In this document: positions 1 through 9,074 of the stretch, piece after piece
Layout of the letters: the number at the start of each line of letters is the position of its first letter
Numbering within the stretch: position 1 is the first letter of the stretch
Assembly (NCBI GenBank): GCA_964534375.1
Contig: CAZHPN010000043.1
Coordinates: 1 to 36,328, forward strand
From: an uncultured bacterium
GTDB lineage: Bacteria; Lernaellota; Lernaellaia; Lernaellales; Lernaellaceae
Length of the DNA stretch: 36,328 nt
Reading direction: 5' to 3'
Translations under genes and position numbers: made by a program
The notes under the pieces: generated by a model
Databases searched by the model: none
Told to the model about the DNA's origin: nothing
Seen by the model: only the letters and a program-made list of their open reading frames with translations

Positions 1-277
1 TGACGCCCTCGTCCGCCGCGATCACGAGCAGCGCGAAGTCGATGCCGGCGGCGCAGGCGACCATCGTGCGCACGAAGCGCTCGTGCCCGGGCACGTCGAC
101 GACGCCGACGACGTCGCCGCTCGGCAGCGTCAAATGGGCAAAGCCCAATTCGATGGTGATGCCGCGCGCCTTCTCTTCGGGCAGCCGATCGCAATCGACG
201 CCGGTCAGCAATTTGATCAAGGCGGTTTTGCCGTGGTCGATGTGGCCGGCCGTGCCCATGACCAGGCGACGCGTCAC
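1..277 (-). CDS. selB: Selenocysteine-specific translation elongation factor SelB (N-terminal part; continues beyond window start)
   Basis: Manual translation from GTG at 277: [73 protein letters not shown]..., the typical SelB G-domain. GTGA overlap with the upstream gene's stop; neighbours are selenium-metabolism genes. Confidence 0.93.
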   Translation of the reverse strand, partial: MTRRLVMGTAGHIDHGKTALIKLLTGVDCDRLPEEKARGITIELGFAHLTLPSGDVVGVVDVPGHERFVRTMVACAAGIDFALLVIAADEGV

Positions 278-528
278 AGCGCGGGCTCCAGCGGCGTAAA
301 CGCGGCGCCGTCGAGGCGATATGCGCCTTGCAGCCGTTCGCGCATGTCGGCGAGCAAACCCTCGACGGCGGCCAGATCGCCGCAGGCAACCTGCAGCGCG
401 AGGCCGCAGTCCGGGTTGATCTGTTTGGGCACGGGGATCAGCCGCGTCGCAAAGCCCCGCTCCTTCGTGCGCGCCTCGGCCTTCAGGACGTCGTGCACGC
501 TGCGAAAAACCAGGGCGCAGGCGGTCAT
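274..528 (-). CDS. DUF3343-like small putative Se/S carrier protein
   Basis: C-terminal 84 aa of ORF 274..1167 starting at ATG 528 (ATGA overlap): [11 protein letters not shown]...[16 protein letters not shown], the pattern seen in DUF3343 proteins of selenium clusters. Confidence 0.75.
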   Translation of the reverse strand: MTACALVFRSVHDVLKAEARTKERGFATRLIPVPKQINPDCGLALQVACGDLAAVEGLLADMRERLQGAYRLDGAAFTPLEPAL

Positions 529-1688
529 GACGGCGACCGCAGAATTTCGGCGAGCGCGTCGACGACTTCGTCGATCACCTTTGCCGGCGTGAACAGGCCC
601 GGGGCAAAGCGCACGGTTCCGGCAGGCGCCGTTCCGAGGAAACGGTGGGCGCGCGGCGCGCAGTGCAGCCCGGCGCGCACGGCGACGCCGTAACGTTCGT
701 CGAGCAGGTGCGCCAAGTCGGACGGCGCCATGGCCGCCGCGACGCTGACGACGGCGACCGCCGGACCCGGATCGTCGCCGAAAATCCGCAGGCCCGGAAT
801 CGGCCGCAAGCGTTCGAGCAGGCGACCGCGCAATTCGGCTTCGCACTGCGCCGCGTCGGCGACGGTGCGTTCGGCGAGATAGCGCACGCCGGCGAGCAGG
901 CCCGCGGCGCCGAAGGTGTTGGGCGTGCCGGCCTCGAGGGCGTCGGGCAGGAAATCGGGCATCGTTTCTTTTTCGGATACCGAGCCCGTGCCGCCGTGGA
1001 TCAGCGGCCGCGTGTTTTCCGCGGCCCGCGCCGAGAGGACCAACGCGCCGATGCCGGTCGGGCCGAGCAGGCCCTTGTGGCCCGCGAGGCAAAGCGCGTC
1101 CACGCCCATCGCCGCGGCGTCGAGCGGCAGGCAACCGCCGGTCTGCGCCGCGTCGAGGACGAACCACACGGCGCGCTTGCGGCAGATGTCGCCCAAGGCG
1201 CCGGCGTCTTGCGCCAGGCCGTGCACGTTCGAGGCGTGCAGCGTGACGAAGACATCGGGCCGCTGCGCCTCGACGAACCGCGCGAACGCGTCGGGCGTCA
1301 CGCGGCCGTGGCCGTCGCCCGGCGCTTCGACGAGGCGCACGCCGCGCGCCGCCGCCAGATGGGTCAGCGGCCGCATGACCGCGTTATGTTCGAGCGGCCC
1401 GTGGGCGACGACGTCGCCCGGCGCGGCCAACGAGAAGAGCGCCAGATTGAGCGCCTCGGTCGCGCTCTTGGTCAGGACCACGCGGTCCGCGTCGCCGCCG
1501 ACGAGCGCGGCCAGTTCGCGGCGCAGGTCGAACAGCAAGCGGCTGCCCGCGACCGCCGCCGGATGCGCGGCGCGGCCGGCCGTGGCGCCCCAGTCGCGCG
1601 CCCAGCGATCGAGCGCGGCGTACACCGGTTCCGGCTTGGGATAACTGGTGGCGGCGTTGTCGAAGTACCGGCGGGCGTCAGCGGCCAT
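525..1688 (-). CDS. Class V PLP aminotransferase, cysteine desulfurase / selenocysteine lyase family
   Basis: [41 protein letters not shown] (PLP lysine), [12 protein letters not shown] (catalytic Cys). Confidence 0.9.
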   Translation of the reverse strand: MAADARRYFDNAATSYPKPEPVYAALDRWARDWGATAGRAAHPAAVAGSRLLFDLRRELAALVGGDADRVVLTKSATEALNLALFSLAAPGDVVAHGPLEHNAVMRPLTHLAAARGVRLVEAPGDGHGRVTPDAFARFVEAQRPDVFVTLHASNVHGLAQDAGALGDICRKRAVWFVLDAAQTGGCLPLDAAAMGVDALCLAGHKGLLGPTGIGALVLSARAAENTRPLIHGGTGSVSEKETMPDFLPDALEAGTPNTFGAAGLLAGVRYLAERTVADAAQCEAELRGRLLERLRPIPGLRIFGDDPGPAVAVVSVAAAMAPSDLAHLLDERYGVAVRAGLHCAPRAHRFLGTAPAGTVRFAPGLFTPAKVIDEVVDALAEILRSPS

Positions 1689-1691
1689 CGG

Positions 1692-2279
1692 TCACGGCGC
1701 CACGACGGCGCCCGCTCGCAGCAGCGTGTCGGCGATGTCGTACATGTTGCCGACGCGTCCGACTTTCAGTTGATCGAGCAGATGGAAGTAATCGAGGCAC
1801 GTGCCGCAGCTCACGATTTCCACGCCGCGTTCGGCCAAGGCGCGGCAATGCTCGACGATCGCCTCGTCGGCGCAGGGCAGATGCACGCCCTCGTTGATGA
1901 AGATGACGGCCTCGGGTTGGTTGTCGAGGTCGACCAGCGTCTTGAAAAAGGCGCGGATCAGGATGCCGCCCAACTCGCCGTTGGGCGCGCCCAGCGTTTT
2001 CTTCGCGCACAGCACGACGGCCGCGCGCGCCGCGGGCGCCGGCGCCGCCGCGGGTCCGTCGCCGGCCGCGTCCGAGGTCAACGTGATGTGCCATTGGCCG
2101 GCGCCGCCTTCTTCGTCCCAGCGAAAACCTTTGGCCGCCGCGAATTTTCGCAGATTCTCGCGCGTCACGGCCGAATCGACGAGCAGCGCGACCGCTGGCT
2201 CGCGGTCGTCAACCAGCGCGCGTTTCGCGCGGACGATCGGTTCGGGGCAGGCCAGGCCGCGCACGTCCAGCGTTTTCAT
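1692..2279 (-). CDS. yedF: Sulfurtransferase-like selenium metabolism protein YedF (TusA + DsrE-like domains)
   Basis: N-terminal LDVRGLACPEP (TusA CPxP) and C-terminal ELGGILIRAF...FINEGV...SCGTCLDYF...VGRVGNMYDI. Confidence 0.88.
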   Translation of the reverse strand: MKTLDVRGLACPEPIVRAKRALVDDREPAVALLVDSAVTRENLRKFAAAKGFRWDEEGGAGQWHITLTSDAAGDGPAAAPAPAARAAVVLCAKKTLGAPNGELGGILIRAFFKTLVDLDNQPEAVIFINEGVHLPCADEAIVEHCRALAERGVEIVSCGTCLDYFHLLDQLKVGRVGNMYDIADTLLRAGAVVAP

Positions 2280-2818
2280 TTGATCTCGACCTGTTCGATC
2301 GGACTGGTCACTTCCAGTGTATATTCGATCGGCGCCCGGATGATCCGCTCCCGCCGTACGCCGACGCCGGGAATGACCCGAAACGGCGTCTCGATCATGA
2401 CGTTGGTCGACAGCGGTTTGTCGTCCGCCTTGAAGGCGTATTCCAGCCGCACGGCCAGGCGCAGTTTGTACGGCCCGATCGCGACGTCGTTGGTGATTTC
2501 GAACGGGATGATCATCGGGAAAAAGGGCCGCTCCAGATCGTACTCTCGCTTCGCGAAGCGCCAGCCGACTGTCGTCGGCGGGTAGACCGTGACGGGCGAC
2601 TTGCCGGTCAAATAGATGAACGGCGGGTGAAACACCGTAAGCTCAAGTTGCGCGCGGTCGCCGGGGGCGAGGTCGATCACCTGGCCGGCCGCCGGCTCCG
2701 CGTTCTTGCTGGGCGTCTTCGGCTTGAGCGATTCCGCGCCGACTCGGCTCTTGGCGCCGTGGCAACCGCCGGCCGCCACCAGGAGCGCCATCAACACCGT
2801 CATTGCTGCGCGTCGCAT
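2276..2818 (-). CDS. Hypothetical lipoprotein
   Basis: Signal peptide with lipobox-like LLVAAGGC; overlaps yedF start by 4 nt (ATGA); non-random protein-like composition. Confidence 0.7.
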   Translation of the reverse strand: MRRAAMTVLMALLVAAGGCHGAKSRVGAESLKPKTPSKNAEPAAGQVIDLAPGDRAQLELTVFHPPFIYLTGKSPVTVYPPTTVGWRFAKREYDLERPFFPMIIPFEITNDVAIGPYKLRLAVRLEYAFKADDKPLSTNVMIETPFRVIPGVGVRRERIIRAPIEYTLEVTSPIEQVEIK

Positions 2819-2829
2819 GGGGTTCCCCG

Positions 2830-3417
2830 TCAGGTGAACGCCGTCTGGAGGAACTGCCGCAAAATGCGGGCCGTCGCCCCCCAGATGATTACGTCGTCGA
2901 TGTAATAAAAGGGCACCATCGCGCTGCGTCCTCGATAGCTCATCTCATTTTCGTCGTATTTGTCGGGATTAAGCAACCGGCGCAACGGGATGATCAACAG
3001 GTCCTCGATTTCCGCGGCGCTGACCCGGAACGCGCACGGCTGCCGCACGACGCCGACGAAGGGCGTGATCACATACCGTGTCGGCGTCCACGTGTCGTCG
3101 AGCCGCCCCACCACGCGCACGTCCGCGGGCGGCACGCCGATCTCCTCGTGCGTCTCGCGCAGCGCGCAGTCCAGCAGGCTTTCGCCCGGGTCGAGCCGGC
3201 CGCCAGGGAAGCTGATCTGCCCTTTGTGATGCTCCACCTTGTCCGTGCGGCGCGTGAAAAGCATCGCCGGCTCCTCACCGCCGAGCAGCACCGTCGCCAG
3301 CACCGCCGAATGCGCGTAGCCGTCGATCGTCATGGCCGCGAACGGACGCCGGCCGAGCGCGGTCGCCAACGCTTCCGCGGTCACCGCCCCGCAGGTCGCC
3401 GCCCGGCTCGCGTCCAT
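2830..3417 (-). CDS. Nudix hydrolase, CoA pyrophosphatase (NudL-like)
   Basis: LFTRR...HKGQISFPGG (UPF0035 motif), Nudix box GRLDPGESLLDCALRETHEEIG, C-terminal IWGATARIL. Confidence 0.9.
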   Translation of the reverse strand: MDASRAATCGAVTAEALATALGRRPFAAMTIDGYAHSAVLATVLLGGEEPAMLFTRRTDKVEHHKGQISFPGGRLDPGESLLDCALRETHEEIGVPPADVRVVGRLDDTWTPTRYVITPFVGVVRQPCAFRVSAAEIEDLLIIPLRRLLNPDKYDENEMSYRGRSAMVPFYYIDDVIIWGATARILRQFLQTAFT

Positions 3418-3459
3418 CAGCGGCCCGCCAGCCGCGCGGGCGACGCGGCGCCGGCCGCC

Positions 3460-4101
3460 TCAATCGGCCGGGGTCGCCGGCGCGGGAGACGCTTGCGGTT
3501 CGTCAGGCAATTCATCTTCGACTTCTTCTTCCTCCGGCGCCGGGGACGTCCCCTCCGCCGGATTCGCAGTCGGCGGCGCGAGCGCCGTCGCGACCAAATG
3601 AAACGTCACGCGCGCCGCCATCCGACCGTTGATCTGCACCTCGAACTGGTAGGTTCCCGGCGGATCGCCTTCGCTGACCATCCAGTTCGCCCGCTGAATC
3701 CAGTCGTCACGCACCCGCAGCGAGTTGGGCGACGTCGCCACGACGCGGTCGGCGCTCACCAGACGCCGCGTCTCCAGCGGCCCCCAGGTCGCCGGCGGTT
3801 GCGGCGCCATGAGCCGTTCGACCACGTTCACGTATTTGCCGTGGGGCGACCGCAGCTTGATGCGCCAGCCGAAGCGCAGGCCGGGCCGCGCCGGCACATC
3901 GCGCGTCTCGCACCACTTCGACGCGAACGGCTCGCCTGCCCAATACCCAAAGAGCAGTTGTTCGACGAACGACGCCTGCATCGGCTCGGCCGCTGCCGGC
4001 GCCGCTTCCGGCTTGGCGCTCACCGCGGCCCGCGTGCACGCGGCCGCCGCCACGGCCGCCAGGATCGTCAACTCCAGAATATATCGCGCCGTTTTGCACA
4101 C
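3460..4101 (-). CDS. Hypothetical lipoprotein with acidic/Pro-rich tail
   Basis: GTG at 4101 preceded by GGGAG; hydrophobic signal ending AAAAC; Ig-like segment DPPGTYQFEVQING. Start is uncertain. Confidence 0.6.
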   Translation of the reverse strand: MCKTARYILELTILAAVAAAACTRAAVSAKPEAAPAAAEPMQASFVEQLLFGYWAGEPFASKWCETRDVPARPGLRFGWRIKLRSPHGKYVNVVERLMAPQPPATWGPLETRRLVSADRVVATSPNSLRVRDDWIQRANWMVSEGDPPGTYQFEVQINGRMAARVTFHLVATALAPPTANPAEGTSPAPEEEEVEDELPDEPQASPAPATPAD

Positions 4102-4131
4102 GTCCCGGCAACTCCCCGCGGGCGGTTTGCA

Positions 4132-4140
4132 AATATAGCA
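4132..4140 (-). promoter_or_regulatory. Putative extended -10 promoter (TG-C-TATATT) for the lipoprotein-Nudix-selenium gene run
   Basis: TGCTATATT on the minus strand about 30 nt upstream of GTG 4101, in otherwise GC-rich DNA. Confidence 0.45.
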
Positions 4141-4243
4141 CACGCGGCGGGCCGGCGCAGGCGCGGCCGCGCAGGAAGGGCGCCGTTCAGAATTTCGAGG
4201 CGGATCGCCTTTTTCCTTATTTGCCGGAGAAGTCGTCCGCCCG

Positions 4244-5044
4244 CTATCCACCTCGGCGGCGGGCCAGCCGGCGATAAATCGCGGCAGTGCGTTTGGCATA
4301 CCACCAGTGATTGATCGCGCCGAGCCACGGCTTGCCGATGCGCGCGGCGTACTTGCGCGACGTGGCGTTCGCCGCCGCCAGCGACTGGTCGAAGGCGCCG
4401 CCGGTCTTGCACGTCGCGATCCAGCGCAACGCGGCCAGATCGGCGTCGATGCGCCGCGGCGGGCAAATTAAGCCGAAGCGCAACCACAGGTCGTAATCCA
4501 TGTCGAAAAACCGACTCTCGTCGATGCCGCCAGCGGCAGTGACCAACTCGCGCGTGCAGAACACCGCCGGCTGGGTCAGGTAGTTTTCGAGCAGCAGCAG
4601 TTGATACGACCAGCGGCGCATCAGCAAATTCTTATACGCGGTGACCGGCCGGCGGATTTCGCGGTCGTGCTCGTCGATGATCAATGCGCGGCCGTGCGCC
4701 CAGCGCGTCTCCGGATGCGCCCGCCAAAAATCGGCCACAGTCGCCAGCGCGCCGGGCAGCAGCAGATCATCGCTGTTCAGCCAGACGATCACCTCGCCGC
4801 TCGCCTGCGCGAGGCCCTTGTTCAGGGCGTGCGATTGGCCGCGGTCCTTCTCGGAAACGAAGGTCAGTTTGCCGGTCCAGCGCCGCAAAATCTCGACCGA
4901 ATCGTCCGTGCTGCCGCCGTCGACCACGAAGTGCTCGATCGTGAAATCGCCGCGCTGATCGTGCACGCTGCGCAACGTGCGTTCGAGGTAGGCGCCCTGG
5001 TTGTATGACGGGGTGACGACGCTGAACTTCAAACCGCCTCCCAT
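4244..5044 (-). CDS. Glycosyltransferase family 2 (WfgS/WcaE-like)
   Basis: FSVVTPSYNQ, VVDGGSTDDS, SEKDRGQSHALNKG, WLNSDD, DYDLWLR. Confidence 0.92.
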   Translation of the reverse strand: MGGGLKFSVVTPSYNQGAYLERTLRSVHDQRGDFTIEHFVVDGGSTDDSVEILRRWTGKLTFVSEKDRGQSHALNKGLAQASGEVIVWLNSDDLLLPGALATVADFWRAHPETRWAHGRALIIDEHDREIRRPVTAYKNLLMRRWSYQLLLLENYLTQPAVFCTRELVTAAGGIDESRFFDMDYDLWLRFGLICPPRRIDADLAALRWIATCKTGGAFDQSLAAANATSRKYAARIGKPWLGAINHWWYAKRTAAIYRRLARRRGG

Positions 5045-5055
5045 TATCGAAGGAA

Positions 5056-5084
5056 ACAGTACACGCCGCGCCCGCGGCGGACAA
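5056..5084 (-). promoter_or_regulatory. Putative sigma70 promoter of the GT2 gene
   Basis: TTGTCC-N17-TACTGT on the minus strand just upstream of ATG 5044. Confidence 0.4.
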
Positions 5085-5104
5085 TACGCAAGTTAGGGGA
5101 GAAG

Positions 5105-5180
5105 CTCGCGCGGACGCGGAGGCCGCGGAGAAAAACAAGGCGGCTGCACTCGTGCTCCGCGGTCTCCGCGTCTACGCGTG
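5105..5180. repeat. Inverted repeat built from 9-nt units (GACGCGGAG-like)
   Basis: Arms 5105-5130 and 5155-5180 match at 22/26 positions as reverse complements. Confidence 0.8.
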
Positions 5181-5185
5181 ACACA

Positions 5186-6073
5186 TTATTTTTTCGGAAC
5201 TTCGGCGATCGCGAGGCGCGTGCGTTTGTCGGGGCGCCAGCGGAATCGGTCGGCGCCCAGATAACGGTCGCAGCATTCGGCGAGGCCGATGTCCTCGACG
5301 AGCGTCAGGCCGCGTTGGGCGAGGTAGTCGGGCAACTGCTCCGGCACGAAGCCGAAGGCGAAATCCTCGCCAATGCGCGCCAGCAGTTTCAGCGCCAACA
5401 GCGCCTTTCGCTTTTCGGTTTCTGAGAACGGCGCGCCGACGTCGGTGTAGGTGAACACCAGCCGGCTGCCGGCGGCCGCCGACCCCGCCCAGCGAAAAAT
5501 GGCGTCGTTCGCGTCGTCGGAGAGGTACATGGTGACGCCTTCGAGCAGGTGAATCGTCCGCGCGGCGGGGTCATAGCCGGCGGCGGCCAGCGCGCTCGCG
5601 AAACCGGCCTTGGCGAAATCGGCCGCGACGAAGACGACGTGGTCCGGCAGCCGGCCGAGCACGCGCACCAGCCGCTGTTTTTTCACGCGTTGCGTCGCCG
5701 GGTGATCGACTTCGAAGACGCGCCGGCGCTCGACCCCAGGCAGACGAACCGCGCGAACGTCGAAACCCGCGCCGAGAATCGCCACCTGCTCGGCGCCGTC
5801 GGCCAGGGCCGCCGCAACGACGTCGTCGATGCGCCGCGTGCGCGCCGCGGCCGACGAATGCGCGCCGTCCCACCGCCAATCGATGAACCCGCGCAGCGCG
5901 GTCCCGACGCCCGGCGCGCGCGCGATTTCGGCGAGCGTCCGCAGCGGCAGACCGAGAAACGCCCCCGCCAGCGGATCGACGAACAGCCGCGCCTGGCGCG
6001 GCCGGCGAGCCGTCTCCAAGGCGCGGAAAAACGCAATGAACTGGGCCGTGAGGCTGGCTCTGTTTTCCTTCAT
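5186..6073 (-). CDS. SAM-dependent methyltransferase, LCM/TIGR00027-like family
   Basis: ASLTAQFIAFFRALE...FVDPLA, ARTRRIDD, QVAILGAGFDVRA, FEVDHPATQ, EGVTMYL; start ATG 6073. Confidence 0.88.
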   Translation of the reverse strand: MKENRASLTAQFIAFFRALETARRPRQARLFVDPLAGAFLGLPLRTLAEIARAPGVGTALRGFIDWRWDGAHSSAAARTRRIDDVVAAALADGAEQVAILGAGFDVRAVRLPGVERRRVFEVDHPATQRVKKQRLVRVLGRLPDHVVFVAADFAKAGFASALAAAGYDPAARTIHLLEGVTMYLSDDANDAIFRWAGSAAAGSRLVFTYTDVGAPFSETEKRKALLALKLLARIGEDFAFGFVPEQLPDYLAQRGLTLVEDIGLAECCDRYLGADRFRWRPDKRTRLAIAEVPKK

Positions 6074-6142
6074 CGCATTTCCTTGCAACCCCGAGGGTAC
6101 ACGACCAGCGACGGCCGGGACAAGCCGGCGAGCGCACAAATT

Positions 6143-6170
6143 GCGGAATGCGGAATGCCGAACGCGGAAT
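6143..6170 (+). repeat. Heptamer tandem repeat (GCGGAAT)x4
   Basis: gcggaat gcggaat gccgaac gcggaat in a divergent intergenic region. Confidence 0.85.
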
Positions 6171-6249
6171 GCGAGCACGCGGCCCGACTCGAATGCGGTT
6201 CGAGCCATCGCCGTTTATCTCGCCCGCGAAACCCGCTAGATTGGCTGCA

Positions 6250-7089
6250 ATGAGCAGCAAGACCATCCATTTCACGCTTGATCTCGAAGCGGACCTCGGA
6301 ACCGCCGCGCCGGTGAAAACCTACGAAGCCGCGGCGCAGACGGGGCGGCTGGTCGAGATCGCCGCGCGGTTCGGGCTGCCGCTGACAGTCTTCTGCGAGG
6401 GCGAGATTCTCGAAAAACATTTTGCCGTCGTCGAGCCGCTTCTCGCCGCCGGGGCCGAAATCGAGTTGCACGCGTACGATCACACCGCGGCGTACGCCGG
6501 GCCCGAGCGGCGGCTGGAAAATCTGCGCGCGGGCCTCGCCGCGTACGAGGCCCGGTTCGGGCGCGCGCCGCGCGGCTTTCGCGCGCCGAACGGAATGATC
6601 GCCGCGCCGGAGTTGCGCGCGCTGGGCGAACGCGGCGTCGAGTACGATTCGTCGATCTTCCCGACGCGCTTTCCCGGCCGTTTCGATTTCCGCCGCGCGC
6701 CGCGCCGGCCGTTTCGCGTCGCGGGCACGACGCTCGTCGAACTGCCGTTCGCGACGATCAACCGCCTGCGCGTGCCGATCGCCTTGTCTTATTTTCAACT
6801 GCTCGGCGGCGCCCCGTTCAAGGCGCTGGTCGCCTTGTTCGGCGCGCCGGACGAGATCGTTTTCGATTTCCACATGCACGACCTCGTGCACGGCGACTGG
6901 CGCAAGCAACCCGGCGTGTCGCGCGCGGCGCGGCTCGGCTATTGGCGCGCGCAGACCATGCCCGACCCGGCGGCGGCGCTGGCCGCGGTTGCCCGGTTTT
7001 TCACGGCTCGCGGCTATCGTCCCGAACCGTTGTCCGCGCTTTTCGAGCGGGCGAAAGCCGCCGCACTGGAGGAATATCCGCTGCCGTGA
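6250..7089 (+). CDS. Polysaccharide deacetylase (CE4/NodB-like, DUF3473-type)
   Basis: FTLDLE, ELHAYDH, GFRAP, YDSSIFP, DFHMHD motifs; ATG 6250. Confidence 0.87.
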   Translation: MSSKTIHFTLDLEADLGTAAPVKTYEAAAQTGRLVEIAARFGLPLTVFCEGEILEKHFAVVEPLLAAGAEIELHAYDHTAAYAGPERRLENLRAGLAAYEARFGRAPRGFRAPNGMIAAPELRALGERGVEYDSSIFPTRFPGRFDFRRAPRRPFRVAGTTLVELPFATINRLRVPIALSYFQLLGGAPFKALVALFGAPDEIVFDFHMHDLVHGDWRKQPGVSRAARLGYWRAQTMPDPAAALAAVARFFTARGYRPEPLSALFERAKAAALEEYPLP

Positions 7090-7862
7090 AGATTTTCATC
7101 GCCACGCAGGAAGAGCCGTTTTATCTGCCGCGGTTTTTCGCGGACCTTTTGCCGCGGCTGGCGCGCCACGAAATCGCCGGCGTCAACATCCTGCCGCCGT
7201 TCAATTCGCAGCACGGTTGGACCGACGTGCTGCGCGACTACTGGGGCTTTTACGGGCCGGCCGAGTTCGTGCGCCACGGCGCGTTGTTCGCTTGGCGCAA
7301 GGTCGGCGCGGCGCTGCGCTTCGACAAGCTTGACGGCCGGCCGCGGTCGGTCGCGCGGGTCTTCGCCGATCGCGGCGTGCCGATCCATCGCGTCCGCCGG
7401 CAGAACACCGACGAATTCCGCGCGCTGCTCGCGGTTGATTTGTTCCTGTCGGTCGCGGATCCGGTCATCTTGAAGAAGAAGACCCTCGCGACGCCGGCGA
7501 AGGGCTGCATCAATTTCCACGCCGGCGCCTTGCCGCGCTACCGCGGCATCAACCCGAGTTTCTGGTCGTTGCTCAACGGCGAAAAACAGTCGGCCGTCAC
7601 TCTGCATTTCATGGACGAAAAGGTCGACAACGGGCCGATTCTGGGCCAGACGGTCATTCCGTTCGACGACGACGAAACGCTCGACAGCCTGTTCGGCAAG
7701 GTCGTCGCGCGCGGCGCGGAACTCGCGGCGGCGGTCATCGACGGCCTCGCCGCCGGCACGGTCGCTCCGCGGCCGAACAACGAGGCCGAGGCGACGTACT
7801 TCGGTTTTCCCACCGCGGCCGATGGCCGGCGGTTTCGGGCGCTGGGGCGGAGGTTTCGCTAA
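7086..7862 (+). CDS. Formyltransferase family protein (probable sugar N-formyltransferase)
   Basis: GCINFHAGALPRYRGINPSFW...VTLHFMDEKVDNGPI; GTGA overlap with the deacetylase; lacks the Fmt C-terminal tRNA-binding domain. Confidence 0.85.
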   Translation: MKIFIATQEEPFYLPRFFADLLPRLARHEIAGVNILPPFNSQHGWTDVLRDYWGFYGPAEFVRHGALFAWRKVGAALRFDKLDGRPRSVARVFADRGVPIHRVRRQNTDEFRALLAVDLFLSVADPVILKKKTLATPAKGCINFHAGALPRYRGINPSFWSLLNGEKQSAVTLHFMDEKVDNGPILGQTVIPFDDDETLDSLFGKVVARGAELAAAVIDGLAAGTVAPRPNNEAEATYFGFPTAADGRRFRALGRRFR

Positions 7863-7869
7863 CGCGCTG

Positions 7870-7962
7870 CCCCCTCTCCCCGTGGGAGACGGCTGGGGTG
7901 TGGGTTTGTGCATTACCCTCACCCGCCGTGCTGCGCACGGCGACCTCTCCCAGGGGGAGAGG
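7870..7962. repeat. REP-like double palindrome (CCCTCTCCC..GGGAGA / CCCTCACCC family)
   Basis: ccccctctccccgtgggagacggctggggtgtggg followed by the inverted counterpart accctcacccgccgtgctgcgcacggcgacctctcccagggggagagg. Confidence 0.7.
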
Positions 7963-7987
7963 TGTCCCAGCCGCCCAAACTTCCGGG

Positions 7988-8016
7988 TTGAAAAGCCGCG
8001 TTTGATCCTCTACATT
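7988..8016 (+). promoter_or_regulatory. Putative sigma70 promoter of the lipid transport operon
   Basis: TTGAAA-N17-TACATT upstream of the 8060 start. Confidence 0.55.
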
Positions 8017-8059
8017 CAGGTTTATTGGTCTCCATTGCGTAGAAAGTCGAGGTTGCTGC

Positions 8060-8983
8060 TTGACGCACCTGCGAAGGACTAACTGCACACGGGAACGCCC
8101 CGCGCGGCAGGCGCGCCTTTGGTTGCTGCTGGCCGGCGCGGCGGCGGCGCTGTGCGCGTGCGGCGTGCATTTCCATTCGGGGCCGATCTTCGACAACGTC
8201 GACCAAAGCAAGTTTCCGGCGACCGACGAAGGCCTGCTCGCCCTTTCGTTCCGTTCGTACAACTTCAACGGGCCGGTGCAGGCGGTCACGGTATCGCTGC
8301 TGGCGGCCGAGACCGTGCTGGCCCGCAACCCGGACAACGATCTGGCCAACTATTTGGCGACACGCGCCGCGTATTGGCTGATCGAATTCAACGGTCCCAA
8401 CCTGGATCGCCTGCATTTGGCCGAACTGGGCTTCAAGTATGCGGAGGCGGCGGAGAAGGTCGACGGCTCCAAAGCGGCGTACCCGTTTTTCGAGGGCGTG
8501 CATCTCGGCTACAAGATGCGCGAGAACCTGCGGCCGCCGTTGATCAATATCCGCAAAACGCGCGACTATTTCCAACGCGCGCTGCAGCTTGACGCCTCGT
8601 ACGACCAGGGCGCCCCGATGCGGGCGATGGGCATACTGTTGATCAAGTCGCCGCCCTGGCCCGCGGGCGTCGGCGACGACGACGAGGGCGTCAAATACCT
8701 GGAAAAGGCCTGCACGGCGTTCCCGACCTACCCGGCCAATCATCTGTATTATGCCGAGGGTCTGCTCAACACCGGTTCGTACGACAAAGCGCTGCACGCG
8801 GTGGACGCGACCCACGACGTCCTGAAAGAGACCGATTGGGGCGTGCCCGGCCAGGTTTGGAAAAAGCAGGCCGACGAATTGCGCGCCAAAATCGAGAAGA
8901 AACGCGCCGGCGACGCCGTCCGCGCCCTTCACGCCGAACACCATTGGCTCGGTCGCGCGGGATTTTTGGGATCCGGGAGATGA
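8060..8983 (+). CDS. TPR-like lipoprotein, BstC / TRAP T-component (TatT)-like lipid-binding protein
   Basis: Lipobox ALCAC; helical repeats with DQGAPMRAMGILLIKSPPWPAGVGD, FPTYPANHLYYAEGL and WGVPGQVWKKQ, resembling (from memory) the sterol-binding lipoprotein BstC. Start codon uncertain. Confidence 0.7.
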   Translation: MTHLRRTNCTRERPARQARLWLLLAGAAAALCACGVHFHSGPIFDNVDQSKFPATDEGLLALSFRSYNFNGPVQAVTVSLLAAETVLARNPDNDLANYLATRAAYWLIEFNGPNLDRLHLAELGFKYAEAAEKVDGSKAAYPFFEGVHLGYKMRENLRPPLINIRKTRDYFQRALQLDASYDQGAPMRAMGILLIKSPPWPAGVGDDDEGVKYLEKACTAFPTYPANHLYYAEGLLNTGSYDKALHAVDATHDVLKETDWGVPGQVWKKQADELRAKIEKKRAGDAVRALHAEHHWLGRAGFLGSGR

Positions 8984-9074
8984 AACCCGCGCCGACCGGA
9001 AAAACTCCGCGCGTCTTCGGCGGACGCGGCAACGCCGTTTCCGCGAAGCGCCGCCCATCACGGATAGAAATCTC

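Noticed and set aside
7086..7862. Methionyl-tRNA formyltransferase (fmt)
   Set aside because: Lacks the MGTPxF N-terminus and the C-terminal domain; glycan-gene context.
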